Shown here: in pieces, positions 21,236-33,900 of the stretch | Numbering within the stretch: position 1 is the first letter of the stretch | Layout of the letters: the number at the start of each line of letters is the position of its first letter | Made by a program: the position numbers and the translations under genes | From: Octopus bimaculoides | Lineage: Eukaryota | NCBI RefSeq assembly: GCF_001194135.2 | Contig: NC_068995.1 | Span: 23,543,634-23,582,068, forward strand | Direction: 5' to 3' | Length of the DNA: 38,435 bases | The notes under the pieces: generated by a model | The model's input: only the letters and a program-made list of their open reading frames with translations | What the model was told of the DNA's origin: nothing | Databases searched by the model: none

Positions 21236-23600
21236 AACACGTGTAATTAAAAATGCACCGGAGTCTTCAGTCATCTGTCCGGCCACAAGGACCTCTGACA
21301 GATAATGCTTTCTTTAAGATCTGTGCTGTGACAAATAAGGCTGCTTTTTGCAAGACATCAATCTTGCATGGGATTTCCAGTTGGTTTAAGAAGTTTTGAA
21401 GTTTCAATGGGATTGAGTCCAACGCTCTGATCACCACTGGTATCACTTTTGCACTACCCTCTTGTATTCCATACAGTTTTCCCATTTCCATTTTCAATTC
21501 GGAGTACATGGTGATTTTTTTCAACCTCTTTACTCACAACATTCATGTCATTTAGTATGGCTACATTAATTATCTGACAGTATTTGTCTCCTTATTCAAT
21601 ATGACAATATCTGGCCGAGGGTGTTCGATTACACGATTTGTCTGAAAATCATGGTCCCAGAATATCGTTACTTTTCCATCTTCCTGCATAATTTTACTTG
21701 GTACATGCTCATACCAGTTCTCTGTTACTTCATATTGGTATTTACGGCTTAAGACCCTGTGAATACGCTCACATATTTTATCATGTTGGCGTTTTTATTC
21801 TTTTTGTGCAAGGTGCTCATATCCACTTACCAAGTGGGTCACATTTTCCACGTTCTTTCCACAGAGTCTACATTTCTGGGTGTCCCAAATTTTATAGATG
21901 TTATACTTCACTGAATTGGTAGCAAGAGCTAGGTCTTGTGTAGCAATGATCAAGCTTTCGGTGGCTTCAAATCACTTTCAAACTGTATTCCTTTCAAACT
22001 GTCTATGCATTCTCATTTCAAGAAGGTCTTCTTTTCTTTTCTCCTCGAGTCTTTGGTTAAACTCTGCTTTGCCCGTCATTTCACCTGCATTTACATTCAT
22101 ATCTTTCGCGGCATATTGCAGAAGGTCTTCATCACTATGTATCAAATACTCGGCAAGCGTTCACCTTTCACTCCTTGTACAATGTTCTATACTAATTAAT
22201 CCTCTGCCACCATTCTTTCTTTTCATATACAGTCTGCTTACGTTTGCTTTAGGCTGTAGCACCCTATGCAGCGTCATCAACTTTCTCGTCCTTTTATCCA
22301 GTATTGATATTTTCTCCTTCGTCCATCTATTTGAGGATGGACGCACTATATCCGACCACTGTGACTGCCCAGATATTCATTGCCGTTCTCTAAATTTTGG
22401 TATTCAGGCTGGATTTCAGCACCATCTTCACACTTTTTTGATACGCCTCCTTGACCTTGACTTTCATTTCGCTGTGTAGAATGTCATCCAGCTCCCAAAT
22501 CCCTAAATATCTGTACCCACTACCGTCGGATTCACCCATGGTCTCTCCTGGTGGTAACCGCAATCCGGTAAGCCGTCTTCCCACTTTTTATATTAAGTAC
22601 TAAGCATTTGGTAATCCCAAATTCCATACCAATGTCCCTAACACACTTCTGGACTGTTTTGGTTAAGGCATCCATCTGTTTTTCAGATTTCCCAAGCAAT
22701 TTCAGGTCATCCATGAACAGAAGATGGTTCAATGATGAACCTTTCTTTCCACATCGGTAACCCATCTTAACTTTCGTAAGTGTCATTGTTATGGGTATTA
22801 GTGCAATTCCAATAAGTAACGGAGAAAACGAGTCACCTTAGAAGATACCCCTTTTAATATTAACTTCTCCAACGAATACATTACTTGAGTACAATTTGGC
22901 TTTCCCCTCTTTCATGCTATGCATCAGAAAATTTGTATTGACAGCAACACCAAACATCTGCAGGCATTCAATGATCCAAGAATGAAGCATCATTATATAG
23001 TATGCCTTCTTAAAGTCAATCCAAGCCACAGAAATATTTATATGATGTTTTTTACAATGCCTCAAAACTGTTTTATCGATGACCAGGTGATCTTTGGTGT
23101 CCTGAGAACTCTTCCTACATCCTTCTTTCTCCTTGTTAGTATTTGTTCCTCTGCCAGGTAAGTGTATGTCTTTGCTGCTCATATTCCAGTGAGTATCTTC
23201 CAGATTATGTTTATGCATGCTATGGGACGGTAGTTTCCCACAATATTCTCCTTTCTTCAGTCTTTCATTACAAGTGTTGTCCTCCCATGCTCCACCCAAG
23301 CGGGGACTGTATCTCTCTGGACACTAGTCTTGTCATGCATCACGTGGCATCTCTTCAGAAGCTAGGAATCCCATCTGGTCCGTGGTCTTTCCAGTTAGGC
23401 ACTTTACCCACTTCTTCTTTCACATCACCCGTGCTTATGAAAATATTCCTTTGTTTCTTTCCTCTGTGTAATTCTGTCTTGATATTTCTTATCCACATTG
23501 CATCCCTTTTATGCACCACATTTCTCCCCATAATCCGCTCCACAACTCCATGACTTGATTAGCACCAGGAGCAACGTTTTCCCCATTGTCTCCTTCTAAT
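21236..23600 (-). mobile_element. R4/Dong-clade (RLE) non-LTR retrotransposon, 5'-truncated, degenerate
   Basis: Minus strand: KVPNWKDHGPDGI; WIDFKKAY..HSWIIECL; KRGIF*GDSFSP; LNHLLFMDDLKL; YRYLGIWE; RLYMKRKNGGRGL; CRLCGKNVENVTHLVSG (zinc knuckle, last Cys lost); RPDIV; VIPVVIRALDSIP..LQKAAL..TAQILKKAL (RLE end). (TAA)n at the 3' end. Confidence 0.9.
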
Positions 23601-23700
23601 GTGCTTACCTTGTGTGCCCCCCATAACCACAGTGATTATCATTACCACCATCGTTCTACCTATAGCATTTAAAATTATCAACAATAATATGGGTCCCGAT

Positions 23701-24310
23701 ATATTGCAGCAGATCTTCGTCACTATTTATCAAATACTCGGCAAGCGCTCTCCATTCACTCCTTATACAATGGTCTTTACCAGGGTTTCTCAACGAGAGC
23801 CATATGGCCCCCTAGGGGGCAATGAAACATTTCTTGTGGGTCACAAAGCTAAGTTTGAAAAATAGGGAGCCACAGCTTTGAAACCAAACATTGACAAGTT
23901 GGTAACCTTGTATCAGTCTCAGGGATCCCATTGAAATCAGGCAATATAAACTGAAATTGTTATATTTTTTGGTTTGTAGATGTAAATAAATTTATTTGTA
24001 AATATAAATTCATTTGTAAATGTAAATAAATTTATTTAAATATTTATTCAACTTTGTTTTTCATTTACACGTGGAGTGGTTGTTTGATGCAAAACTACAA
24101 CTTTTACTGTTTCTATCAACTTCTCTAGATGCATTAAGTTGAGGGACAGAGCGGGGATAAAAAACGTAAATTAGTATGGGGGCCATAACGTTATCGTGTT
24201 GAATTAAAGGGGGCCTCGGCCAGAATGAGGTTGAGAAACACTGGTCTCGACTAATCAGTCATCTTCCACCATTCTTTCTTTTCATATACAGTTAGTTTAC
24301 GTTTGCAGTC
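23701..24310 (-). mobile_element. second short R4/Dong-type fragment, split by a hAT MITE
   Basis: 23701-23780 aligns to 22113-22192 with about 10 differences in 80 nt; 24252-24306 continues the alignment with ~22193-22250. Confidence 0.85.
23781..24243. mobile_element. Charlie-like hAT MITE (463 bp)
   Basis: TIRs CAGGGTTTCTCAAC / GTTGAGAAACACTG (13/14 match); flanking 8-mers GTCTTTAC (23773-23780) and GTCTCGAC (24244-24251), 6/8 identical; AT-rich non-coding interior. Confidence 0.88.
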
Positions 24311-24794
24311 AACAATTAATACTATCTTTTGCGCTTCCCGCACGAATGGTAATCCAGGGGTCATTCTCAACTGATTTTTAGTTCCTTTACTGGTTATTAT
24401 AAGTGCTTCCACAGTCACTGGTTTTAAGATTTACTGAAGATGATCTTTTGTATGTCCGAACAGAGAAAACTGTAGTGTTCTTAGAATAAAAAGGATGTTT
24501 ACATTTTAGAACACTCAGGGAGAAAGGAAAAGATAGGTATTCTCAGAAGTTGCAGATAAAAAGTTTTTAAAGCTAATCATTTCTGTGTTCAAAAACAGTA
24601 GATATGTAAGTTTCTTAATATATTTTGAGAGAAATTTAAAATACTCGCAGGAAATTGTAGATATTCCAGTCATTGAGGTTTATTTTTTAAGTTGTCCTGC
24701 TGAGTTGTATTAGTGTTTCTGGTTCTTCAGCTGCTGAATGGTCAGAGCAATGAAGAATACGTCCATCCGCTAACAAGGCTGGCGCCATTTATTT

Positions 24795-24890
24795 TATTAT
24801 TGTTGCTATTGTTGTTGTTGTTATTATTATTATTGTTATTATCAGCTTCATCATCATCATTATTATCTTTATTATTATTATTATTATTAC
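24795..24890. repeat. trinucleotide microsatellite (TTA/TTG/TCA)
   Basis: Directly visible; source of the poly-Leu ORF. Confidence 0.95.
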
Positions 24891-27317
24891 CTCTCTGTTT
24901 TTAAACGCATAATATTTTGTGTCAAAATTTGCATTGTTAAGCGGAATGCGTTTCTCTGTTGGTATCTATAATTTTGTGACATCTGTAAATGGGTCGAATA
25001 TGTCAGTGAGAGCAATCTTAGCTAAAGGTGCATACAATTCCTTCTTTAAAACATAGAATTGCTTGTATCATATATCTAAGTTTCTTTCTTTGTACCCTAT
25101 CAGAGCATATTTATTAACATATACCGTAATATTGAAACGACTTCTGGACAGTACATCGTTTCTAAAAACATTTTTCAATATTGACAGAAGTGTCACAAAG
25201 CGTCAATCATTATCATATTCCGGTTATAATTAGGAACTCTGCTAATATGGCTTCGTATGTTATTTGGTTAATTGAAAGTGTAAAAATTGGATAAGATGGA
25301 TTAAAGGTAATCTCAGGAAGCCACAGAATTAAGTTTATTGTCAAAATATGACCTTGCGATTTAAGAATAAAATCTTTTCTGATGTTCTCAGTAGTCTTAG
25401 GATTATAGTCTGCATTTAGAAACAGTATTGACATCAAGAATTAATTACAAGTGAAAAATTTCCTTAAACCGAGGGGTGTCGGCTCACCAACACTAACGTC
25501 ACTTGGATTCCTATACATTTTATGAGTGATTTCTATAAACACCAATATTTCTTGCTAGTAACATTATTTCAGTCTCATTATCTTCCATATCTGTCAAAGG
25601 TTTAGTGAAATTATTTGTATTAGCTGAAAAATATAGATGAAGTATAATAGTTATTCATAGCGTATTGTAATAATTAGTTATAATGCTTAACCCAGATGAT
25701 AATACAAGCAGAATTTTTTGAAAAGGAAAATGAAGGTATATTATGATCGACGCTATAATCCTATCCGGAATACTCGTACTAATCCTTCCATTATATGCAG
25801 CTATTAATGGATTACAAGAATGATCCGCTTTATTGTCCCGGTGTACACGGTCTCAGTTTTAATGTAATGGTTCCGTACGATCGCTAATAGAGAGTTCCAA
25901 TGTAATTTTAAGCCCTACTTCATTGCTATCACTCAGAATTCCCTAACTAGTTATTGCTATCAGTATGCAACGGTGATACGGTAAGGAGATGGGGGGGACA
26001 AATTTTGAACAATCGCAGCGATTTTGCAAATTTCCCTTGAGAAACTTCAAACAAAATCTCTAACGAATTCCAAGCATTTGCAAGAATCAACGCAATGTTC
26101 GTATTCGAAAACGTATTGCGTCTACCAATGATTGGCCTCCTTGAACCTTTATCATCTTGCCTTTTAAAAATATGCATAAAACTTTTATTAATAGTATCAA
26201 TACTCCTAGTATAATAAGCTGCCTATTGCGTTTTGAAACAACCCAACAACAATATACCTTGAATGGATCCTCACTGAACAAAAACCTGTACACTGACTAA
26301 AGAAAGTGTCAGTGGTTTGAATGAATGACTTGCAGGTCAAGTAGCAAATGCGAGCAATTCATTCTAAATTTGATGCAATTATACTGACAGAATTTACCAG
26401 AAATAGTAAAACTTACTGAACGTTTGCAATACGTCGCATGCAAAACTCGCTTGATAATTAAGCAAGAGTACAGGGCATGGTATTTATTTTAGACCGATTC
26501 ACTTGACTTGATGATGAATGTCATGTAGATTGGAACATTACATACTCTGGCTTCTTCCCTATGGATCCTATAATAATAGTTTTGTCCTCGTTCCCATCTT
26601 TAGAAAACCTCATCTGGGGCATCCACAACCCGTTCTCCAGCGTAGCAGTTTCCATCGTCTTCAGTAAAATTCACAGCAAGTGACGTTGGTGAAGTTTATG
26701 TCTCAGAACTCTAGGTAATCAGCTGCGTCAGCAATCTTGAGCTACTTTCATCCGGTTCTAAGACCAAAAACCTGTCTTAGAGATTTCACTGGCCCCTTTG
26801 GTGGGAACTTTCCTCAAAATGTTATTTGTACAGTTACCCCAAAGGAAGATTGTTACCAGTGACTGCCTTGTTGATATGTCGAACTTTGAAACAAATAATA
26901 AATGAAACTAGGCAACATAAAAATTGAGAAGATACGAGTGCTTGTGTACATGAAGAACTTCTTCAAAAGAGGGCCTGTGGAGAGAGACTCAAATATGATA
27001 TCCAGAACATCGATGAATTTAATAGTAACAGTAACATGTCACAATGCATGCAAAAATTCTGGCAACTGAAGTGAAGAAATTCGGCGCTTTTCCAACAATA
27101 ACTTACTAGGTATCGGGCATGCCCGCACATTCATAAATACATACATACGTACATACATACATATATGGCTGTGTGTGTGTGTGTGTGTGTCTGTCTGTCT
27201 GTTTATATGTGTGTGTTAGACATTGGAAATACATAAAGACTTTTACACATACAAGTTCTATTATCATTTTATTTTGTTTCATTGTTTCGCTTACTTTATT
27301 CGTAAATGTGTTTTCAG

Positions 27318-27344
27318 AGAATAGTGATCATTGTACTAACTATG
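27318..27344 (+). CDS. candidate 27-nt symmetric (phase 1-1) exon of an unidentified gene
   Basis: Long T-rich tract, TTTTCAG acceptor, (E)NSDHCTNY(G) open, G|GTGAGC donor. No homology recognised. Confidence 0.2.
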
Positions 27345-27585
27345 GTGAGCTGGAATTGTTTATTCTTGCCATCCCCTCAGCATTTAGTAGTTCTTATGAA
27401 GCATTCTACTGATTTTCTACAAAGATATGAATCAGGAGTAAAGTTCTAGGAAAGCATAGAAATGTATGTACTTAAATCTATATTGTGCACCCTATTTTAG
27501 TTATGAAAATTATAAACATACACATGCATAAATACACCTACATACACATACATATGTATCTTTTATCCTTATATATATATATATA

Positions 27586-27623
<38 letters not shown>

Positions 27624-28828
27624 TGTGTGTGTGTATGTATATGTATGTAAGTATGTATGTATTTATTGATTATGTATGTATATGTATTCATACATTTTTT
27701 CTTTTATATTCCAATCATTATTTACTCATTTTCGCTGAAGTGATCATAAAGAAAACTGCACGTGCATTCAAAGAATAGTTCAATAGATCACGGATTTAAT
27801 GGTTGATACTCATAGCGTTTGTGAATGACCAGTCATGCTTTGGTGTCGCCCTCTTAAGGTCGAGGGTCAGTAAAATATAGAAATTACAGGGATGTATCTT
27901 CAGGTTGTGGTTTATAAATATCTAGTTTGATGCTGACATTTGAAAATAATGTGTTTTTGTTTATTAATTGGAAAGGATATTATATTATTCTGCTAGCCAG
28001 AGTGAACATAATAATGAAGTTTTTATATAAATATTGAAACTCTCAACGACTGAACATTATGGTTGTTTTGCATGCCGCTCTCGTTTAATGTCCTGATTTA
28101 CTTGGATAAATATTTAACATTATTCCTCTTTCATCTGTGAAACTGTTTTTGTTTGTTATATACATCGATTTTTAACATTTACAAATTATTTTAGCTCCGC
28201 ATACGATAGATCTACAAAGATATTTTCCATTAAATGGAGTAGGTACATTTAGGTTTCCGTTATTTTGTTTCCAACGCTCAAATCTCAGATATGTTAATTT
28301 CTCATATTGTTTAGGTTATTCTAATAGATTCATCACATGCGTTTAATTGAATTTATAGTGATTTATGAAACTGGGTTATAATCAATTCTGATTAATGTTA
28401 AAACGTCTGTTGATGAGTTGTCATGTTTTTCTTTAAAGTAATACGTTGTTTATTGTGAAATGGTTCACAAAATGCCAACACTATAATTTAAGAAGAGCTT
28501 ACGGTGAAGCATGAGGCTACGTATTTCAAATTATACTGCTAATGATAACTTTCTTTTCTGATGACTTCTTTAAAGACACAATACCTGGCTTGATTGCAAA
28601 GTTAATAGACTATTCGCCGAATACAATGAATGACTAGTACTTATTTTATAGAAGCTTACTCGCGAGACAAAAGGCAAAGTCGTCTTCGGTTGAAGTGTGT
28701 TTTAACTATAATCGTGAAACTAGAAGCGCACTTCGTGATTTGAGATTATTCATAAATGTAGCTACTGTATAATCATCCATATTTTGTAACATCGTAGAGT
28801 TATCTGTATCTCTCTTTGTGTGACATAC

Positions 28829-28894
28829 CTACATGCAAGAGCGGTCATGATCTCACTCCAAAGCGTGAAGATACATGGAAAATTGCTGTTGTAT
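28829..28894 (-). CDS. candidate 66-nt symmetric (phase 2-2) exon of an unidentified gene
   Basis: Minus strand acceptor CTTTCCTTAG, donor AG|GTATGT, one open frame YNSNFPCIFTLWSEIMTALAC. No homology recognised. Confidence 0.27.
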
Positions 28895-29414
28895 CTAAGG
28901 AAAGATACAGGAGGTGTTCCTTTTGCTTTCTACTGGTACATTTAGAGCATAATTTGCCTGTTTCTTAGCTTCCCCAAGCTTTGCGTTGAGACGCCGGACC
29001 CGTTTAATCCATAAACAAAGATACTAGTCCACATTATATCAGCGCATGTCCTTGTACATAGATGAATATGCATGACAGATATCTAATGAACAGCCCTGCT
29101 CCGAGTTCTGTATGCTTTAACCACAATGCAGTCTTCTGGGGTTTGACGATACTACCACCGAGGTCCAGAATGGACTTAGAAATAGTGGTAACTAAAGTAA
29201 AACACGAGACTTCCTAAAATTTCTGAACCGTGAACTTTAGCGTCAACAGCAGATTCATGTTAATATATTTCTCGGGACCTATTATCTTTTCCGAATGGCA
29301 TATTTCAGTTTTAATTAATCAGTTAGAATTGTATAATCGAACCAGTTTATATAAAGCTTATATAAAGCAATGTCTGCTAAGAAGCATAAGTTTTTCTCAA
29401 CTTTGCCAGTGAAT

Positions 29415-29723
29415 ACTGACTAACTGGCTCTCCGTCGGTTACGACAACGAAGAGCAGCCAGCTCGAGAAATCAACGTGCATGTGGCTGTGCACTCCACAG
29501 ATACGTGTATCATTAACTTAATTCTCAGAGAGATTCAGTGTCACACAGTGTGTGACAAGGCTAACCCTTTGAAATGCAGGTATTGCTCATTTCTGCTAGC
29601 TATGTGGACTGGAGTACCTTGAAAATAAAATTTCTTGCTCAAGGACAACGCGTCGCCAGGAATCGAACTCACAACCTTACGATCGTGAGCCAAGTAATCT
29701 AACCCCTACGCCACGCGCCTTCA
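29415..29723 (-). mobile_element. tRNA-derived SINE, near full length
   Basis: Minus strand A-box-like TGGCGTAGGGGTTAG and B box GTTCGATTCC; head matches 20442-20488, body matches 15520-15575. Confidence 0.85.
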
Positions 29724-30789
29724 ATAGTGAATACTATACAAATGCATAAAAGAAGATTGAAAAGATTGCATATGCTGTCGGACATCCAAATTTTAGTGTA
29801 TTTTGATGAAATAGAAACGAAATAAATTTTATTCTCTAATAAATATTATTTAAATAAAAAGAGTATAAAAAGAAACAGATTCTATTTTATGTCCGCTTTC
29901 TAAACACAGGATTTACTTTATTTTGATATCTTAAGTGTACATGGCAAAAATATATAATCAGCGTGTTTATGATCATATTTTTTTACCTACATCTACAAAA
30001 CTTTGTTGCAGTGGTCTCTCTTGACTATGACATCCTATTCAAGGAAGCTGAATGGGCAACTTACTTTAACTCAAAAATAGATGAGGCAAAAGTAAATATA
30101 ACAAACTTGAAATAGAACTCGAACTAACATAACTGAAATCTATTAGTGAAGTAAGTGCTTATAGTTCCATATACTTCTCAATACATAATTGTACAATTGT
30201 CCATTAATAAGTTACTAATAATCTGAAGCAATAGACTACTTTCACTAACATTAGTTTTGTTATTATTATTTTGTTTTTGTTCATGTTTGTTTGTCATACA
30301 TTGTCTCTGAATTATTTCCTTTATTTTCATTATATTATTTTCAGGAGAAAACAGACTGAGTAATATTAAGTGGACTCTAAATTAAATCTTGTACACATAA
30401 AACAAAGAAAGCTTTGATATATTCCTTTTGAGGAAGCAGTAAATATAATTAACCAATAAACAAGAAACAATCGATCTATAAATTACATTATAGATTCAAT
30501 ATTTATAATGCTACGTTAGAAACTCAACACATTCTTCTGAAACGCTTTCGCTTTGATGAAGTACAAAACTAACAGAAATATCAGAAAAACATATGCTCCA
30601 TTATGTATTACGGAGATGCTTGTTTCTTCTTAAATAAAAATGCATGCATCTAAACAAATTTAAACGCAGATCTAAATGATACTGCCGAAATGTAATACGT
30701 GATTGATACATACACACACACATGCACACACATATATGTGTGTATATAGGTACACAGACATGTAGATAAACGATAAATTTACATGTAGT

Positions 30790-30905
<116 letters not shown>

Positions 30906-31148
30906 AATATACACATACAGGAAATCACACATATATATGTTATATCTATATATGCATTCACGTGAAAATATATAAATATGAATATAATTTTATGAATATA
31001 TATACATATGTATTATATAAGTGCATGTACATACATATGTATATACTTATATATATTTATACATACATACACACACACACATATATATATACACACAAAC
31101 GCACACACATATATATACATACAAATGTATATATATATATATATATAT

Positions 31149-31423
31149 NNNNNNNNNNNNNNNNNNNNNNNNNNNNNNNNNNNNNNNNNNNNNNNNNNNN
31201 NNNNNNNNNNNNNNNNNNNNNNNNNNNNNNNNNNNNNNNNNNNNNNNNNNNNNNNNNNNNNNNNNNNNNNNNNNNNNNNNNNNNNNNNNNNNNNNNNNNN
31301 NNNNNNNNNNNNNNNNNNNNNNNNNNNNNNNNNNNNNNNNNNNNNNNNNNNNNNNNNNNNNNNNNNNNNNNNNNNNNNNNNNNNNNNNNNNNNNNNNNNN
31401 NNNNNNNNNNNNNNNNNNNNNNN
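31149..31423. other. assembly gap
   Basis: Run of N between (TA)n tracts. Confidence 1.
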
Positions 31424-31554
31424 TATATATAGGAAAAGGGTTGCAAGACACCAGCATGCCTCAAGAGACACGTTCGCGTCCATAGAGCATTATCAATGCT
31501 TTATTTTACTCAACTCTCATTTGTCGTTCACGACAAGAGAATCCAACATAGCAT

Positions 31555-31647
31555 TGCATGGTACCTTGAGCAGGTGTCTTCTAGTATAGCCCCATACTGA
31601 CTAAACAATTGTGGGTGGATTTGGTAAGTGGAAACTTGATGAAATTT

Positions 31648-31705
<58 letters not shown>

Positions 31706-31855
31706 TGTATCTTTAAAGTTGACACCGACATCTCTTGGCAACCGGCGTTGGTCTGTTTATATACCCGTAACTTAGCGGTTCGGATTAAAGTTATCGATAG
31801 AATACTGGGGTCGAAAGGCGTTACTCCAGCGTGGCTGCAGGTCAATGACTTAAAA
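31555..31855 (+). mobile_element. SINE (5'-eroded) with a central (GATA)n tract
   Basis: 5' part homologous to 13750-13810 and rc of 33760-33815; 3' part (GTTGGTCTGTTTA..TACTGGGGTCG) homologous to rc of 33245-33370. Confidence 0.7.
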
Positions 31856-33138
31856 ATATAAAATATATACTTATGTGTGTGTTTGGGAGTCTGTGTGTGT
31901 GTCTTTGTATGTTTGTGCGTGAGTGTATGCGTTTATGTATGTGTGTAAACATGTGTGTGTGTGTGTGTGTGTGCGTGTGTGTGTGTGTGTGTTTGTGTGT
32001 GTTTATTCATGTTACAAATCAGTAACGTATAATTATACATGGACGAACTGATCGTTGCGCATGTAATGTCTTGGTATGAATTCAAACTCCACTCTTTTAG
32101 TGGTTTTTAACATGCCCTGTTACTACTCTGATACAGTTAATAAATGATCATTAGCATTCCAGCAATTCTAAAATTTTGGTTGTGTCAATATTAATATACT
32201 ATAACTAAGTTTATATTATTACATAAAGGTTGAGATTTGAGGAAGAGTTAATACTATTTGGTTAAACGGCCTTTGTTTAACATTCGTGTTAGCTTATAAA
32301 CAGGTCCATTACTGTATTTGACGTAATTCACTATGCATGTTCTAAATGAGTATGGACATGCTTAAAGCATTTGCGCTTCGTGTATACAATTTATTGCAAG
32401 AGAATATACTTTGTTGTGATAATTACGAGTCATTCGTTGACATAAAAGCTAGTTACGCTTCTTCTTAACTTTTATGCTTATTTTCTTTACGAATGCGATA
32501 GCAATCGGGCCATGAAATTTCAGTAGGGCAGGAAAAGGTAGGTTAGAAACAGGCTGATGACTTGCACAGGATATATAATCAGGTAGATATAAATAAATGT
32601 TGAGAAAATCTGAGAAGTGGCAAAGTCAGAGAAATGTCAAACAGTGGGATAGACCGTAAGGTGCTTTTATTCAAGGTTCGAATACGTTTCGTAGGAAATA
32701 CACATAAGCAGTATCGATTAGTCTTTGGCGCGTTTTCTAGCTGTGCACTAACAATTATACCCAAATCTCCCCTATAAATATATATGTTGATCTTGTAAAC
32801 TTGTACACTCTGCTCTTCATTTTTCATTTCTTTATAGCCCGCGATTAGAGGTGAAAAACGAAAACTGCCCTGCATACAACCATATGCTAACGCCACCAAA
32901 AGTAAACAATACTGTCGCTAAAGGTGTGAAATTATAAAGATATTTTGGACTGTAACTGACGAGGAAGGAGCAACATCCCTTCTTTCCGTTTGATCCTTTG
33001 TTGTTATTCTGTTTTCATTTTGGAACTTATATATAAATATATGTACGTATGTGTGTATGTATGTTTATGTGTGTGCATGTGCGTGTGCATGCGTGTGTGT
33101 GTAGATAGATATATATAGAAAGATAGAGAGAAAGAGTA

Positions 33139-33139
<1 letters not shown>

Positions 33140-33180
<41 letters not shown>

Positions 33181-33238
33181 TGATTGATTGATTGATTGAT
33201 TGATAGATTGATAGATTGATAGATTAATAGATAGATAG
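33140..33238. repeat. (GATA)n/(GATT)n tetranucleotide microsatellite
   Basis: Directly visible. Confidence 0.97.
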
Positions 33239-33244
33239 GTACAA

Positions 33245-33410
33245 CTTGTTTCAGTCATAGGACTTTAGTCAAACAAACCGACCCCAGTACTTATTTTTAA
33301 AGCATGGTACTTTTCCTTTCGGTATGTTCTGCCAGTAATTTACGAGGAATAAACATGCCAACACCGTTCGAAAAGTGGGTGACAGAGGACAAAATCAGAC
33401 ACACGCACAT
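33245..33410 (-). mobile_element. SINE body/3' part
   Basis: Reverse complement homologous to 31740-31850. Confidence 0.65.
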
Positions 33411-33471
33411 ATAGATACCTACATACATACATACGTACACACATACACACATAAGAGAATGCACACACACA

Positions 33472-33503
<32 letters not shown>

Positions 33504-33731
33504 TACACATATATATATATTTATATTTGGGGATATGTCATATATTGCCAATTAGGCACACGCACTATATACTTGGTCTTCACTTTCGCTTTATTATCAT
33601 TAACAAAAATATAGCTGAATTATATAGTGCATGTGTTTAATTAACAAATTATGCCCACCCTCATGTATAGCAACGTCCGGTTTCAACAAACGATTTCACA
33701 TCAAGAATTTTGATCTGCAAAACATACACGT

Positions 33732-33741
33732 NNNNNNNNNN
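33732..33741. other. assembly gap (10 N)
   Basis: Run of N followed by (TA)n. Confidence 1.
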
Positions 33742-33759
33742 ATATATATATATATATAT

Positions 33760-33900
33760 ACTGCCAGATCCACTCACAAAGCTTTGGCTTTACTATAGAG
33801 CGAAAACATTTGCCAAAGGTTCACACGGTGAATCTAAATCCGGAACCACGTGGCTAGAAAGCATCAGTTTGGGAAGCAAACTTCTTACCACCCAGCCATA
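33760..33900 (-). mobile_element. tRNA-derived SINE head
   Basis: Minus strand TGGCTGGGTGGTAAGAAGTTTGCTTCCC.., same family as 13689-13815. Confidence 0.7.

Noticed and set aside
21898-22479. 193-aa plus-strand ORF (longest non-gap ORF)
   Set aside because: Antisense shadow of the R4/Dong ORF.
26293-26316. 7-bp stem hairpin CACTGAC..GTCAGTG as a terminator or pre-miRNA
   Set aside because: Too short; intrinsic terminators are irrelevant in this context.
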